A stretch of DNA of 64,000 bases from a virus (IMGVR_UViG_3300027852_000032:1-64000); one strand, 5' to 3'; shown: positions 39,266-49,740, counted from the stretch's first letter. A program made the numbers and translations. The notes: generated by a model not told the origin, from the letters alone.

Positions 39266-39537
39266 ATAAAAACGGAAACACCCTATTAAATCAAATCTTG
39301 TTTTTGATTCCAAAACGAGAACGGAACAGGATTTGAGTACGAAATCGAAAAATCGAAAAGTCGAAAAATCGAACACAGGCGTATCATCTCCTTATAGCCA
39401 TGCCTACTGGCTTGGCAGACAAAAGCAACACCCAGTTTATTTGGGTACGCCGTTTTCCATGTTAATAAACGGGCTTGGCAGCCTTTGGGTGTTGCAGTAG
39501 GCTTTAACCATAACTATAAAAATAAAGGAAATAAATC

Positions 39538-39897
39538 ATGTCTATCGAAATAGAAATTGAAAAAATTATTGTTAGGGGAGAACAAAGGATAAAGATATTG
39601 GAATTGAAAGGGTTGAATATCGAGGATCTTCCCAAAAGATATAAAGAGGGGGAGTATGTTTCCATCGCGAGGAGTAAACACTACTTATTCTACAGTAGCA
39701 ACAGGGAAAGAACTGTAAAAGGCAACACCAGGAATTGGCACGGGACTTACCTTGAGGTAGGCGGAGTAATTACTCGGCAATTTTTTGAAGAGTGCCTTAG
39801 AAACATCAGGCGTTGTGGCGAGATTTTGGTTAAGGTAAATAAAAAATTAGAGGAAGAAAACAAAAATTGGAAGGGTAATGAACTCTTTATTATATAG
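39538..39897 (+). CDS. Hypothetical protein
   Basis: AAGGA RBS, 119 aa. Confidence 0.65.
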   Translation: MSIEIEIEKIIVRGEQRIKILELKGLNIEDLPKRYKEGEYVSIARSKHYLFYSSNRERTVKGNTRNWHGTYLEVGGVITRQFFEECLRNIRRCGEILVKVNKKLEEENKNWKGNELFII

Positions 39898-40023
39898 CCC
39901 GTAACCACAAAGGAGAACGGGAATAACATATGAATCGGGGTAATTAACTATTAATAAGGAAGATGTTATCGCGTTGGCCAAGGAATTTTGCCTGGTCATC
40001 TTCCTTGAAGGTACGAATTTATA

Positions 40024-40272
40024 ATGGATACGGAAATAAAAACAATAGACGAGCTGGAATCGTTTATAATTAGTTTGGAGGAAGAATTGGATAAAGCTGT
40101 GAATAGTATACTCAATACACTTCCAATCAAGATTCCACGCTTAATAAAAATACAGGGAATATACATTCAATTCATAGAGGTTAGCGCAACAGGAGAGGAG
40201 TGCAATCAGTACATTCCAGGAAGGCCAGGCATTGAGTTAAGTGTCGATATAAACAACGGGAGGAGAAAATAA
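40024..40272 (+). CDS. Hypothetical protein
   Basis: 82-aa ORF in the operon. Confidence 0.55.
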   Translation: MDTEIKTIDELESFIISLEEELDKAVNSILNTLPIKIPRLIKIQGIYIQFIEVSATGEECNQYIPGRPGIELSVDINNGRRK

Positions 40273-40275
40273 AAA

Positions 40276-40890
40276 ATGCTTGAATATATACCCAGTGTTT
40301 CATTTGGGAAAGATTCAACAGCAATGCTGTTGATGATGATAGAAAAAAACGAGCCCATACATTCTGTTATGTATTTTAATACTGAACGGGAATTTCCAGA
40401 AATTCTCGTTCACGCAAAGAAGTTGATCGCTGATACAAGCACGAAAGTTAAATTCCAGACCGTCCGGCATTGGGCGGGGTTCGATTTCCTGGAAGCTCGG
40501 TACGGTCGCCCGCATCCCTCTGGTGGATGGTGTGCCGGAAGGAAAGGGGATGTGTGCAATAAATATTTAAGGCTGATGTTGAAAGATAACCCAGATATTG
40601 TTGAATGTATAGGTTATTCGGCGAATGAGCAGAAAAGGGCAGATAAATTGCTTAAATCAAAAAAGAAAAAATGGCCTTTACGTTTCCCGTTAATTGAATG
40701 GGGTATTACCGAAAAGATGGCGCTGGAATATTGTTACGATCACGGGTATCGTTTCAGTGGCGTTTATGATTGGATGCCGTCAAAAAGGGTAAGTTGTTAT
40801 GATTGCCCTAAACAATCGAAAGCTGATTTTGCAGCTATAAAGGAGCATCATCCGGAGCTAATAGGAGGAGGGGATGAAGTTGACGTATGA
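40276..40890 (+). CDS. PAPS reductase-like (PP-loop) protein
   Basis: SFGKDS PP-loop, WC, IGYSANEQKR, FPL.EWG.TE, SCYDCP. Confidence 0.82.
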   Translation: MLEYIPSVSFGKDSTAMLLMMIEKNEPIHSVMYFNTEREFPEILVHAKKLIADTSTKVKFQTVRHWAGFDFLEARYGRPHPSGGWCAGRKGDVCNKYLRLMLKDNPDIVECIGYSANEQKRADKLLKSKKKKWPLRFPLIEWGITEKMALEYCYDHGYRFSGVYDWMPSKRVSCYDCPKQSKADFAAIKEHHPELIGGGDEVDV

Positions 40891-41392
40891 AAGGGTTAGG
40901 GAGGTTTTGGATTACGACCCTGGGACTGGTGAGTTTGTTTGGAAGGATCGGAGTTCCAATAAGTTCAGTGGTAAAATCGCTGGAACACTCAATCCGAATG
41001 GATATAATTATATTCAAATAGACAGGAAAATTATTTTTGCCCATCGTTTGGCTTGGCTTTACATTTATGGATATTTACCAGAACATCAGATTGACCATAT
41101 TAACCAGGTCAGAAACGACAATAGAATCAAAAATCTCAGGGAGGTTTCCCAGTCATGTAACATGCAGAATCAGAAGATTGATATAAGGAATAAGTCAGGT
41201 GTCACAGGTGTTAGTTGGTGTAAACGGGATAGGAATTGGCAGGTCTATATAAAAAAGAATAGAAAGCAAATCCACCTGGGTTTTTTCAATAACCTTCTTG
41301 ACGCAGCAAAAGCCCGTTATGCAGGAGAACAAAAATATTTTAATTGTGTAGTAAAGTCATCAGCAGAAAAATTTATAAAGGAAAATTCATAA
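40874..41392 (+). CDS. HNH homing endonuclease with AP2-like C-terminus
   Basis: AHRLAW, IDHINQVRNDNRIKNLR, SGVTGV, HLGFF. Confidence 0.9.
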   Translation: MKLTYERVREVLDYDPGTGEFVWKDRSSNKFSGKIAGTLNPNGYNYIQIDRKIIFAHRLAWLYIYGYLPEHQIDHINQVRNDNRIKNLREVSQSCNMQNQKIDIRNKSGVTGVSWCKRDRNWQVYIKKNRKQIHLGFFNNLLDAAKARYAGEQKYFNCVVKSSAEKFIKENS

Positions 41393-43416
41393 TGCTTAAA
41401 AAAATAGAGAAACTACGAATAGAACTTCACGATCTCAATCGTAAATATCACACAGAAGGCAACTCCGAGGTTTTGGATTCGGTCTACGATAAAAAGTTCC
41501 GGGAGTTGCTGGACTTAGAAGCAAAATGCCCTGAAGCATATTCACCGAACTCACCCACATCACGAGTGGGGTCCCCGCCGAAAGGGGACAGCGGGTTCAA
41601 AAAAGTTAAGCATAAAATCCCAATGTTAGGGTTGGATAACTGTTTTACTGAGGAAGAAGTCATGGCTTTTCACAAACGGGTTTTAAATCTCACGGAAGAT
41701 GCGGTCTGTGATGATATCGTATATATTTCTGAACCCAAGTTCGATGGGGTGGCGATTGAGTTGATTTACGAAAATGGAGTTCTATCCCAAGCCCTAACGA
41801 GGGGGGATGGGAAAATAGGGGAGGACGTAACCGACAATGTGAAAACTATTCCAACTGTACCGATTTTCATCAAAGATGGAGTCGGCTGGTTCCCGGAATA
41901 TCTTGAAGTGAGGGGTGAAATTTTCATAGCTAAAGAGCCCTTTAACAGGCTGAATAAGGAGCGAAGTTTAAAAGGGCTACCTATATTCGCCAATCCCAGA
42001 AACGCTGCTGCTGGAGCTCTGAGGCAGATAGATTCAAGAGGTACAGCGGAACGCCCTTTGGACATAGTTATTCATGGAGTTGGAAAAACAAAAGGAATGA
42101 GTTTTTTCAGTTCTCAGGCAGATATTATGAGATCGTTATTTTTTCTTGGGTTCAAAACTCCACCGAATTCTATGTTAAGATCAGGTATAAAAGAAGTCTG
42201 GAGTTACTGTAACTGGTTATTAGAAAGGAGGGACTCTCTGTCTTATGAGATCGATGGCGTAGTGATCAAAATCGACAACCTTGATTTGCAGAATGCTCTC
42301 GGGTCCACAGGAAGAGCACCCAGGTGGGCGACATCTTACAAGTTTCCCGCTCTGCAGGAGATGACTGTGGTTGAGGATATAATAGTCCAGGTCGGTAGGT
42401 CAGGAGTTTTAACGCCGGTTGCGGTGCTGGAACCCAAAGTGGTTAGCGGCGTTACGATCTCAAGAGCGACCTTGCACAATGAGAAGGAAGTCCACAGGAA
42501 GGACATAAGAGTAGGCGATACCGTTGTCGTACAACGGGCGGGGGATGTCATTCCGGAAATCGTCAAGGTTGTCCTTTCCGAAAGAGAAGGAGAGGAAGAA
42601 AGAAAGGTATTCAGGATGCCTGAAAATTGCCCCTCATGCAACCATCCTGTGCAAAAGAAAAGGGGCGAGATAGCCATCACTTGCAGTAACAGTTACTGTC
42701 CCGCACAATCGGCCGAGAGCATTAAGCACTTTGTATCCAAAAAAGCTTTCGATATTGATGGGTTCGGAAAAAAGCTTTCCGATCAGCTTGTTGAAGAACT
42801 AATAATTAAGTCCAGAGCTGACATTTTCAGGTTGGACAGGAAAAAATTATTACGTATGGATCGGATGGGCGAGACGTCGGTTAAAAAGTTACTTGATAAT
42901 ATTGAAAAAAGTAAAAACATTACATTTGAAAAATTTATATGTTCCCTGGGAATCCCAAATGTAGGCCGGCATGTTTCGGAATTGCTTGCTGATAAATACA
43001 ATAACATTGCAGATATGTTCTTTGGAGTTCCAATTATGCAGGGGATCGGTGGTAAGATAACAGAGAACATCTCTTATTTTTTCTCCGAGCAGCATGGGGC
43101 TGTGATGGTACAGGAGCTTATAGAATTGGGTGTCCGGATTCAGTATCCGAAATCAAATTCTGATTCCGAGGAAGAATCTGGGACCAGGCTCAACGGAGAA
43201 AAATTTGTTGTAACCGGAAAGTTGGAAAGAGCGGGCAGGAGCGAAACGAAGGCCATGATAAAAGATAACGGAGGAAAAGTCAGCGGTTCGGTCAGCAAGA
43301 AAACGGATTTTCTGGTGGTAGGAAGCTCTCCAGGGAGTAAACTGAAACGTGCTCAGGAACTGGGTGTTAAGGTAGTCAGCGAAGAAGAACTTCATCAGAT
43401 GCTAATTGAGGAATAA
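41392..43416 (+). CDS. ligA: NAD-dependent DNA ligase
   Basis: EPKFDG adenylation motif, NPRNAAAG, Zn finger, HhH, C-terminal BRCT; likely start MLKKIEK at 41392. Confidence 0.96.
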   Translation: MLKKIEKLRIELHDLNRKYHTEGNSEVLDSVYDKKFRELLDLEAKCPEAYSPNSPTSRVGSPPKGDSGFKKVKHKIPMLGLDNCFTEEEVMAFHKRVLNLTEDAVCDDIVYISEPKFDGVAIELIYENGVLSQALTRGDGKIGEDVTDNVKTIPTVPIFIKDGVGWFPEYLEVRGEIFIAKEPFNRLNKERSLKGLPIFANPRNAAAGALRQIDSRGTAERPLDIVIHGVGKTKGMSFFSSQADIMRSLFFLGFKTPPNSMLRSGIKEVWSYCNWLLERRDSLSYEIDGVVIKIDNLDLQNALGSTGRAPRWATSYKFPALQEMTVVEDIIVQVGRSGVLTPVAVLEPKVVSGVTISRATLHNEKEVHRKDIRVGDTVVVQRAGDVIPEIVKVVLSEREGEEERKVFRMPENCPSCNHPVQKKRGEIAITCSNSYCPAQSAESIKHFVSKKAFDIDGFGKKLSDQLVEELIIKSRADIFRLDRKKLLRMDRMGETSVKKLLDNIEKSKNITFEKFICSLGIPNVGRHVSELLADKYNNIADMFFGVPIMQGIGGKITENISYFFSEQHGAVMVQELIELGVRIQYPKSNSDSEEESGTRLNGEKFVVTGKLERAGRSETKAMIKDNGGKVSGSVSKKTDFLVVGSSPGSKLKRAQELGVKVVSEEELHQMLIEE

Positions 43417-43419
43417 ACA

Positions 43420-43683
43420 ATGGATCAACGACACGCAAAATTAAGGGCTTGTGCTTCTTGCGAATGGATTTTTAGAGAAGAGCAGGGTGACGAAGGTTGC
43501 CCTAAATGCGGGTTTGCTCATTATGGAGCAAGGTATGTTTACGGGAAAAAGTGTTACAAATACGAAGAAACCCAGCAACCCTGGATTGATAAAGAGGTTT
43601 CTGAATTCATTGCTGGGCTGCAAAAACAGATAATCGGCAAACACAGAAAAAATTGCCGGAGCAAATCAAAATTAAAATTTTAA
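43420..43683 (+). CDS. Zn-ribbon protein
   Basis: CASC...CPKC. Confidence 0.65.
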   Translation: MDQRHAKLRACASCEWIFREEQGDEGCPKCGFAHYGARYVYGKKCYKYEETQQPWIDKEVSEFIAGLQKQIIGKHRKNCRSKSKLKF

Positions 43684-43691
43684 TTTAAAGC

Positions 43692-43719
43692 TTGCCAATC
43701 TACTATAACCTGCTATAAT
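43692..43719 (+). promoter_or_regulatory. Sigma70-like promoter of the replication block
   Basis: TTGCCA-16 bp-TATAAT with TG extended -10. Confidence 0.65.
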
Positions 43720-43730
43720 CCGCGTCTATT

Positions 43731-43946
43731 ATGATTATAAAAAAAGAAAATGATAGAAAACGAATAATAAAAATCGGAGAAGCCGCAAAGATGTTGGGCA
43801 CTACGCCAGCCACTTTGCGGTTTTGGGAGCGAACGGGGGAAATACTTCCGGCAAGGAAAACCGCCGGAGGTACCCGTTATTACGATGTCGAAAGCCTTCA
43901 GCTTTTGATAAGGAACACAAAACCGACTGATGAAAACGTGGAGTAG
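43731..43946 (+). CDS. MerR-type HTH DNA-binding protein
   Basis: IGEAAKMLGTTPATLRFWE..G...RKTAGGTRYY. Confidence 0.88.
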   Translation: MIIKKENDRKRIIKIGEAAKMLGTTPATLRFWERTGEILPARKTAGGTRYYDVESLQLLIRNTKPTDENVE

Positions 43947-44011
43947 CGATCTTTGATCCTTGCGAGTAGCTTGGAATTAATATCTTTATAATCCAGGAGT
44001 AAAAAAAAGAA

Positions 44012-46849
44012 ATGGATCAAGATTCGGATATAAAAATCAAAATTACAAAATTTGGAGATCGAAAAAATATCCTGGGTAAAAAGGTGTTTCTTGCGAAAGC
44101 ATCTAATGCTGATGCGCCTGTCCTTGAAAAAGAATCGGTGGTCGCATTTTCCCAGGGATATTTTGAAACAATAACAACAACATGGGATAAATTTGGAGAA
44201 GTCTTAACCGCACTAAAGCCGAACGAAACGCTCGGCATGGGTGTAAATGTAAATGCCAATGGCGTCAAAAAGTATGGAGGTGAAGTAGTAACCGCCCTCA
44301 CAGAGGCTAAGCGTAAGGCATCAGAGAAGAAAGAAACCGAAGTTTTTTGTGCCCGAACCTTATCAAATTTTGTCTGGCACAAACCACCAAGCTTAATTCG
44401 CAACGTAGTGATGATCGATGTTGATGATATAACGTCATCGATGACGCAATCGAATATTATCAAAAAGTTTTTTAAACTGTATCCTGAAATGTTGAAACTT
44501 CCGGGTGGTTGTTGGACTCGGGCATCAGCAGGAGCATATATTAAAAATATAAAAGATGGTTCTTGGTTTACGGAGCTCTCTGGTATGCACCTGTACTTCG
44601 CGCTGCCCAGTTCAGTCGAAATTTCTGATCTAAAAAAATACCTGCGAGTACAATCATGGTTGGCAGAGGAGGGCAGGTACGTAGCAAGCAAACACCGCTT
44701 CGGATATTCACTCTTGGAGAGGCACTTCATTGACATGAGTGTATTTTCTCCGGAAAGGCTTGATTTCATCGGTGGAAGTGTTTGTGGCGAGGGTCTTGTA
44801 CAGGAAAGACCGGCTCCAAAACATGTAAAAACAAATTCAACCACATCCGCAGCTCCTGATTTTTCAGTTTCGGATGATGAAAAAGAGCTTGCTGATTACC
44901 TCCGGCAGGAAGCGAAATCAAAACTGGGTTCGAATTTGCCACATGTAAAAGTTGAAAAAGGAATGGAAAAATATGTGGCTGCTGTGGAAGCCGGAACGCT
45001 TCCTGGAATGTTTCCCTTGAACTTTGATACTATGGGAAGAGTATTTGTTTGGGAGGTAATATTTCAACCTGAAAAATTTAAAGGGCAAACACTTAGCGAT
45101 CCCCTGTTCCCAGAGAAGGGGAGGTGTAAAGCCAAGTATTATTTCAACGAGGAGGGAAACACTGACTCACGACATGTAATTAACTCTTTTGTAAAAGGAG
45201 GTAGGCAATTCTTTTTGGCACTGGATTTGGAAGGTGCCCGAAATATGGTCAAAAATTTAAACCTGGAAGATTTGGAGGCTCATTTCGGGGCAGATGGACT
45301 GGGATGGGAAGAGATCGCTGCTATGAAATCAGATGCGGAACTTCAAGGTTTATTGGAGGACTTGAAAATGAGGGGGATAGGGAAACTGGCAGAACTGAAA
45401 GCCCATATAGGGAAAGCAAAGGGTGACGGTTTGCTGGAAAAAAAGCAAGCTGTGTTGGATGATTTTAACGAGCGGTTTGCTTATGTTGACATCGGGTCCA
45501 ATCCAAGAATTATAGAGGACACCGGAGATGCAATTCTTTTGCGTACAAGGCGGGATTTCTTAACCGCGGTTGAAAACATACATATTCCTGTCTGGTCAAA
45601 AACAAAAAACTGTGTGACTAACGCGGCAGCCGGTGTTTGCTGGTTGCAATGGGATAAAAAAAGGATGTACGACGGGATTGAGTTCAACCCGACCGTACAA
45701 GCGAAGGAGTTTAAGCGAGGTAAAAAGAGAATATATAACCGATTCAAGGGTTTTTCAGTCGAACCAACGAATACCAGGGTATGCGGGCGTGAGGCATGTA
45801 AAGGTTTGGGTTGCTTTAGGTGGTTCTTTGGTGATGGTAAAAAACACAAAGGGCAGTTTAAACTCTGCCCAAGCGGATCATGGACTTACTGGCTTATGAC
45901 AATCCACGACGTTGTTACGGAAAAAAATAAAAAGCATACTCGATGGGTTTTGGACTGGCTGGTAGACACGGTAAAGAATCCTGTACATGGTGCGGGAAGG
46001 CCTGGAACAAGTCTTGTTGTCAGGGGTGGGCAGGGGACAGGAAAAGGAAGTGTTGTCTGGCCAATCATGCAGATTCTAAGCCCGTATACGTTCCAGTGCG
46101 ATTCAATGGCAGAAGTTCTTGCCCCCTTCAATGCTTTTATGGAGGACACAATATTATTGTTTGCTGATGAAGCGATCTGGGGAGGATCTAAGAAAGAAAG
46201 CGGCAAACTAAAGCGGCTGATAACTGAGGATACGCTCAATATCCAACGGAAAGGGATTGATACTTGTCAGGCTCCCAACTTTATCCGGATGTATGTTTCT
46301 TCGAATGGCACATGGGTTGTTCCTGCTGAGGATGACGAGCGTCGGTATACGGTATTTAACGTTTCTGACGACTACAAGGTTAATCACGAGTGGTTCGCCA
46401 AAGTCAAAGGTGCAAGTCTTAGCGAGCTTTTGGACGAAATTTACAACTGGGATATCAAATCCGACATCAAACACAACCTCCAAACGGAAGCGTTGGAGGA
46501 TCAAAAAAGGCAGGGGTGGTCAGTGTATGACGAGTTCCTGTCCGATTCTCTTGACGAGATGCGGTATTGGGATTTCAAATTTAGACCAAGGGAAGTGTCG
46601 AATACCGAGATAACTTTGGTTTATGAGACCGAGTACGCACGGCATTGGAAGGCGAAGGGTTTGACCAGTAGGATGTTTATCGGTCGTTTGCGGAAGAAAT
46701 TCAAAGATGTGGGAGTTGATCTTCCGAGGGGACAAAAAATTAAACAAGGACAAGACTGGGTTTACGGGTTTAAGTTTCCGGAGTTCGAATCGGTTTGCTC
46801 GGTAATCAATATTGATCCCGAAAAAAAGAAAAAGGAGATTTCTGTATGA
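44012..46849 (+). CDS. Primase-helicase (primase-like N-terminus, SF3/DUF5906-like NTPase)
   Basis: MIDVD and GMHLYF primase-like motifs; GGQGTGKG Walker A; FADEA Walker B; DERRY. Confidence 0.85.
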   Translation: MDQDSDIKIKITKFGDRKNILGKKVFLAKASNADAPVLEKESVVAFSQGYFETITTTWDKFGEVLTALKPNETLGMGVNVNANGVKKYGGEVVTALTEAKRKASEKKETEVFCARTLSNFVWHKPPSLIRNVVMIDVDDITSSMTQSNIIKKFFKLYPEMLKLPGGCWTRASAGAYIKNIKDGSWFTELSGMHLYFALPSSVEISDLKKYLRVQSWLAEEGRYVASKHRFGYSLLERHFIDMSVFSPERLDFIGGSVCGEGLVQERPAPKHVKTNSTTSAAPDFSVSDDEKELADYLRQEAKSKLGSNLPHVKVEKGMEKYVAAVEAGTLPGMFPLNFDTMGRVFVWEVIFQPEKFKGQTLSDPLFPEKGRCKAKYYFNEEGNTDSRHVINSFVKGGRQFFLALDLEGARNMVKNLNLEDLEAHFGADGLGWEEIAAMKSDAELQGLLEDLKMRGIGKLAELKAHIGKAKGDGLLEKKQAVLDDFNERFAYVDIGSNPRIIEDTGDAILLRTRRDFLTAVENIHIPVWSKTKNCVTNAAAGVCWLQWDKKRMYDGIEFNPTVQAKEFKRGKKRIYNRFKGFSVEPTNTRVCGREACKGLGCFRWFFGDGKKHKGQFKLCPSGSWTYWLMTIHDVVTEKNKKHTRWVLDWLVDTVKNPVHGAGRPGTSLVVRGGQGTGKGSVVWPIMQILSPYTFQCDSMAEVLAPFNAFMEDTILLFADEAIWGGSKKESGKLKRLITEDTLNIQRKGIDTCQAPNFIRMYVSSNGTWVVPAEDDERRYTVFNVSDDYKVNHEWFAKVKGASLSELLDEIYNWDIKSDIKHNLQTEALEDQKRQGWSVYDEFLSDSLDEMRYWDFKFRPREVSNTEITLVYETEYARHWKAKGLTSRMFIGRLRKKFKDVGVDLPRGQKIKQGQDWVYGFKFPEFESVCSVINIDPEKKKKEISV

Positions 46850-47298
46850 TAGACCAAATATGGTCGAAATACCCACAAGAAGCTTACACGGTAACAGTAC
46901 CAGATGGCCGCGTAATGGGGCTCGGCGTACACCCTGCGTTCAGTACCGCCCCTGGAGCATGGAATATATTCTGGCTGACCTGTCCGGCATTGGATGACTT
47001 AGCCTACTATAAAGGAGATCCTGCGAACTATTACCACACAATGACCTCGCTTCCGATCTGTGTGGGGGCTGCGTTGCAGTTGGTCCCAATGAATGAGGAT
47101 GAACCAGGATCAGTAACTTACGGGCAATTGGCAACAAGACATACGCCATCGGAATTTATTAAGATTGTTGGGCCAGATAAAGATAACTTTCTTCTCTCTG
47201 CTTATTACGGTGACTATTGGTTTAAATTAGCTGAGGGTAACACCAAGAAATATGAAAAGAATCATGGCAATGTTGTTCATCATGACTTTAGGAGATAA
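46846..47298 (+). CDS. Hypothetical protein
   Basis: Coupled to the primase stop; AAGGAG RBS. Confidence 0.65.
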   Translation: MIDQIWSKYPQEAYTVTVPDGRVMGLGVHPAFSTAPGAWNIFWLTCPALDDLAYYKGDPANYYHTMTSLPICVGAALQLVPMNEDEPGSVTYGQLATRHTPSEFIKIVGPDKDNFLLSAYYGDYWFKLAEGNTKKYEKNHGNVVHHDFRR

Positions 47299-47300
47299 AG

Positions 47301-48236
47301 ATGAAAACGATAGTAAAGGTAATTTTCGGGTCTTATCTATATGGAACGGCAACACCCGAATCAGACAGGGACTATAAAGGTGTATTCATGCCAACACGGG
47401 AGCAAATCTTTTTAGGTAAAATCCCGAAAAGTATCAACACATCAACGGGATCAGATAATAAAAGGAATACTGCCGATGATGTTGATATGGAAATGTATTC
47501 GCTCCCTTACTTTATAAAGCTGGCGTGTGAGGGGCAAACTGTAGCACTCGACATGCTCCATGCGCCACGATGGGCGATTATAGAGAACTCAAATCTCTGG
47601 TCGGAAATTGCAAGGAGAAGAAGTGGGTTTTACACAAAGAATCTCAAAGCCTTTATCGGATACGCTCGTCGACAAGCTGCTAAGTATAGCGTCAAAGGCA
47701 GCAGACTAAAAGCTGCAAAGGAGGTCATAGACATATTGACGCCGTTTTCCAATGAAACCCGAATGGCAAATATTTGGGATATACTTCCGGTGGGCGAACA
47801 CCTGCATATGTTGGGCGAGAATCGAAACAACCTGAGAGAATATCGGGTTTGCGGAAAGATTATCCAGGAATCAGCTAAGGTTGACTACGTCCTGGATATG
47901 CTCAACAAATTCTGTTATGCCTTCGGAAAACGAGCAAGGGATGCCGCGGATAATAAAAACATCGATTGGAAAGCAGTCTCCCATGCCATGAGGGCGGCGT
48001 ATCAAACTATAGAAATCTTAGAGCGCGGAACATTGAGCTTTCCGTTGTTAACAGCACCTCTGCTGCGGTTAATAAAACAAGGCGGGCTTGACTATGTAGA
48101 AATGGTTTCCCCTATGCTGGAAGGACTTATTAAGAGGGTTGAGGTTCTTTCTGGAGAAAGTGAGCTTCCGGAAAAAGTGGACCAAAAGTACTGGGATAAT
48201 TTTGTTATAGAAGCTATGGAAGGTAGCTTAAGATGA
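47301..48236 (+). CDS. Pol-beta-superfamily nucleotidyltransferase
   Basis: FGSYLYG..TPESDRDYKG (GS...DxD); DWKAVSHAMR. Confidence 0.85.
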   Translation: MKTIVKVIFGSYLYGTATPESDRDYKGVFMPTREQIFLGKIPKSINTSTGSDNKRNTADDVDMEMYSLPYFIKLACEGQTVALDMLHAPRWAIIENSNLWSEIARRRSGFYTKNLKAFIGYARRQAAKYSVKGSRLKAAKEVIDILTPFSNETRMANIWDILPVGEHLHMLGENRNNLREYRVCGKIIQESAKVDYVLDMLNKFCYAFGKRARDAADNKNIDWKAVSHAMRAAYQTIEILERGTLSFPLLTAPLLRLIKQGGLDYVEMVSPMLEGLIKRVEVLSGESELPEKVDQKYWDNFVIEAMEGSLR

Positions 48237-49669
48237 AAGGAACCCCTTGTGACATAATTTTAGAGAGTTATGAACTACCTTTCGAACTCCGTCCCGATCA
48301 GATTCTGGCTATCAACAAAGTGTGCGTTTCCGATTGGGAAAAGGCCGCTTTGTTCATGGATGTTGGGGTTGGTAAAACTGTAGTTTCAACTCTAATCGCA
48401 TTCTGGTGGGCAATGCGAGGTGATATTGATCAAATTGTTGTCGTAATGCCCCCTATCATTTTACTACAATGGGAAGAGTGGATTCAGACGTTTCCAGATA
48501 TCACCACAAGTATTTATTATGGAACACTGAAACAAAGAAAAACAATCGATTTAAGCGCTGATTTCGTTTTCACAACAAACGGAATGTTTAAGAACGATTT
48601 CGAAAAAATAAAGGAATATTACCAGAATAAAAAAGTGCTGCTTCTTGTAGACGAAGCGGCATCATTAAGAAACATCGAAACGCTGTTCTATTCAGCTGTC
48701 AGGGAGTTTGTGTTCCTTACTCCATATAAACGTTTGCTTATGCTGACCGGAACAGCTTTGGGCGCTCCGCAGCACGCTTACGCTTATATGAGTTTGAAAA
48801 CACCGGATTTGTATCGTGATTACCTGCGGTTTGTTATGCAGCACGTAGAAAAAACAGATAAATTCAAGCGGGTGACGAAGTATCGGAGCTTAGATGTGTT
48901 GGCTGCTAATTTAATGGAGCAAACAATCTGGTTGAAAGCCGAGGACGTTCTGGATCTTCCGCCAGTTACCTGTGTTCCAAAAATTTATGAACTTTCAAAA
49001 AAACACATGAAACTCTATAATGATTTGGTCGAGGAAAAGTTGTTGGAACTGGATGACGGGGCTACACTGGACGGCACTACTCCGGAAAGAATGAGGCATA
49101 CGTGCCAGCGGGTTATCATGTCCCCAAGTACTTACATGGATTCCAAGATAGTTCCATCGGGTTTTGCATTAATCGACTCATTTACTAACGAATTAGGAAT
49201 GTTTAAAGGAGGTGCAGGATGTGAGAAATTAGTTATCTACTGTAATTACAGGGATACAAACGAGTACGTGCATGAGCATGTAACAGAGAAGTTAAAATTA
49301 AAAGCTGTTCAGGCATTTGGGAAGCTTGGACCCAAAAAAAACATGGACGCTGTCCAGCAGTTTTTAAACGATCCGGAGATTCAAATATTAATCGCCCACC
49401 CAGGGAGCGTGGGGATAGGTTGTAACTTTCAATCCGTTTGCCGTGCGGTTCTCTTTTTGGAGATACCAACCACTGCAAACACTTATATCCAAGCGTTAGG
49501 TAGAGTTAAGAGGGAAGGTCAGAAAAGAAATATTATTGTCTGGCTTGCTACAGCGAAAGGTACAATTCAGGTACACCTTAGAAGAGTTGTATTGAAATCA
49601 GAGGATATGGTTCAAATCGTGATGCCAACTAAAGAAACTTTACGTTCTGCACTTTTTGGCTTGACGTAG
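48233..49669 (+). CDS. SF2 (SNF2-like) helicase
   Basis: DVGVGKT, VDEA, LTGT, QALGRVKREGQ. Confidence 0.88.
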   Translation: MKGTPCDIILESYELPFELRPDQILAINKVCVSDWEKAALFMDVGVGKTVVSTLIAFWWAMRGDIDQIVVVMPPIILLQWEEWIQTFPDITTSIYYGTLKQRKTIDLSADFVFTTNGMFKNDFEKIKEYYQNKKVLLLVDEAASLRNIETLFYSAVREFVFLTPYKRLLMLTGTALGAPQHAYAYMSLKTPDLYRDYLRFVMQHVEKTDKFKRVTKYRSLDVLAANLMEQTIWLKAEDVLDLPPVTCVPKIYELSKKHMKLYNDLVEEKLLELDDGATLDGTTPERMRHTCQRVIMSPSTYMDSKIVPSGFALIDSFTNELGMFKGGAGCEKLVIYCNYRDTNEYVHEHVTEKLKLKAVQAFGKLGPKKNMDAVQQFLNDPEIQILIAHPGSVGIGCNFQSVCRAVLFLEIPTTANTYIQALGRVKREGQKRNIIVWLATAKGTIQVHLRRVVLKSEDMVQIVMPTKETLRSALFGLT

Positions 49670-49740
49670 TATTACCAATATGATAGTAATATAGATGTAC
49701 ATGTTAATAATAATAGTTTAATAGAAAAGGAAAATGACAA

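Noticed and set aside
43731-43946. IS607-like transposon or excisionase implying lysogeny
   Set aside because: Only the MerR-type HTH is present; no resolvase, TnpB, integrase or att site in the window
49661-49690. Possible promoter TTGACG upstream of the SSB-like gene
   Set aside because: No convincing -10 at 16-18 bp spacing
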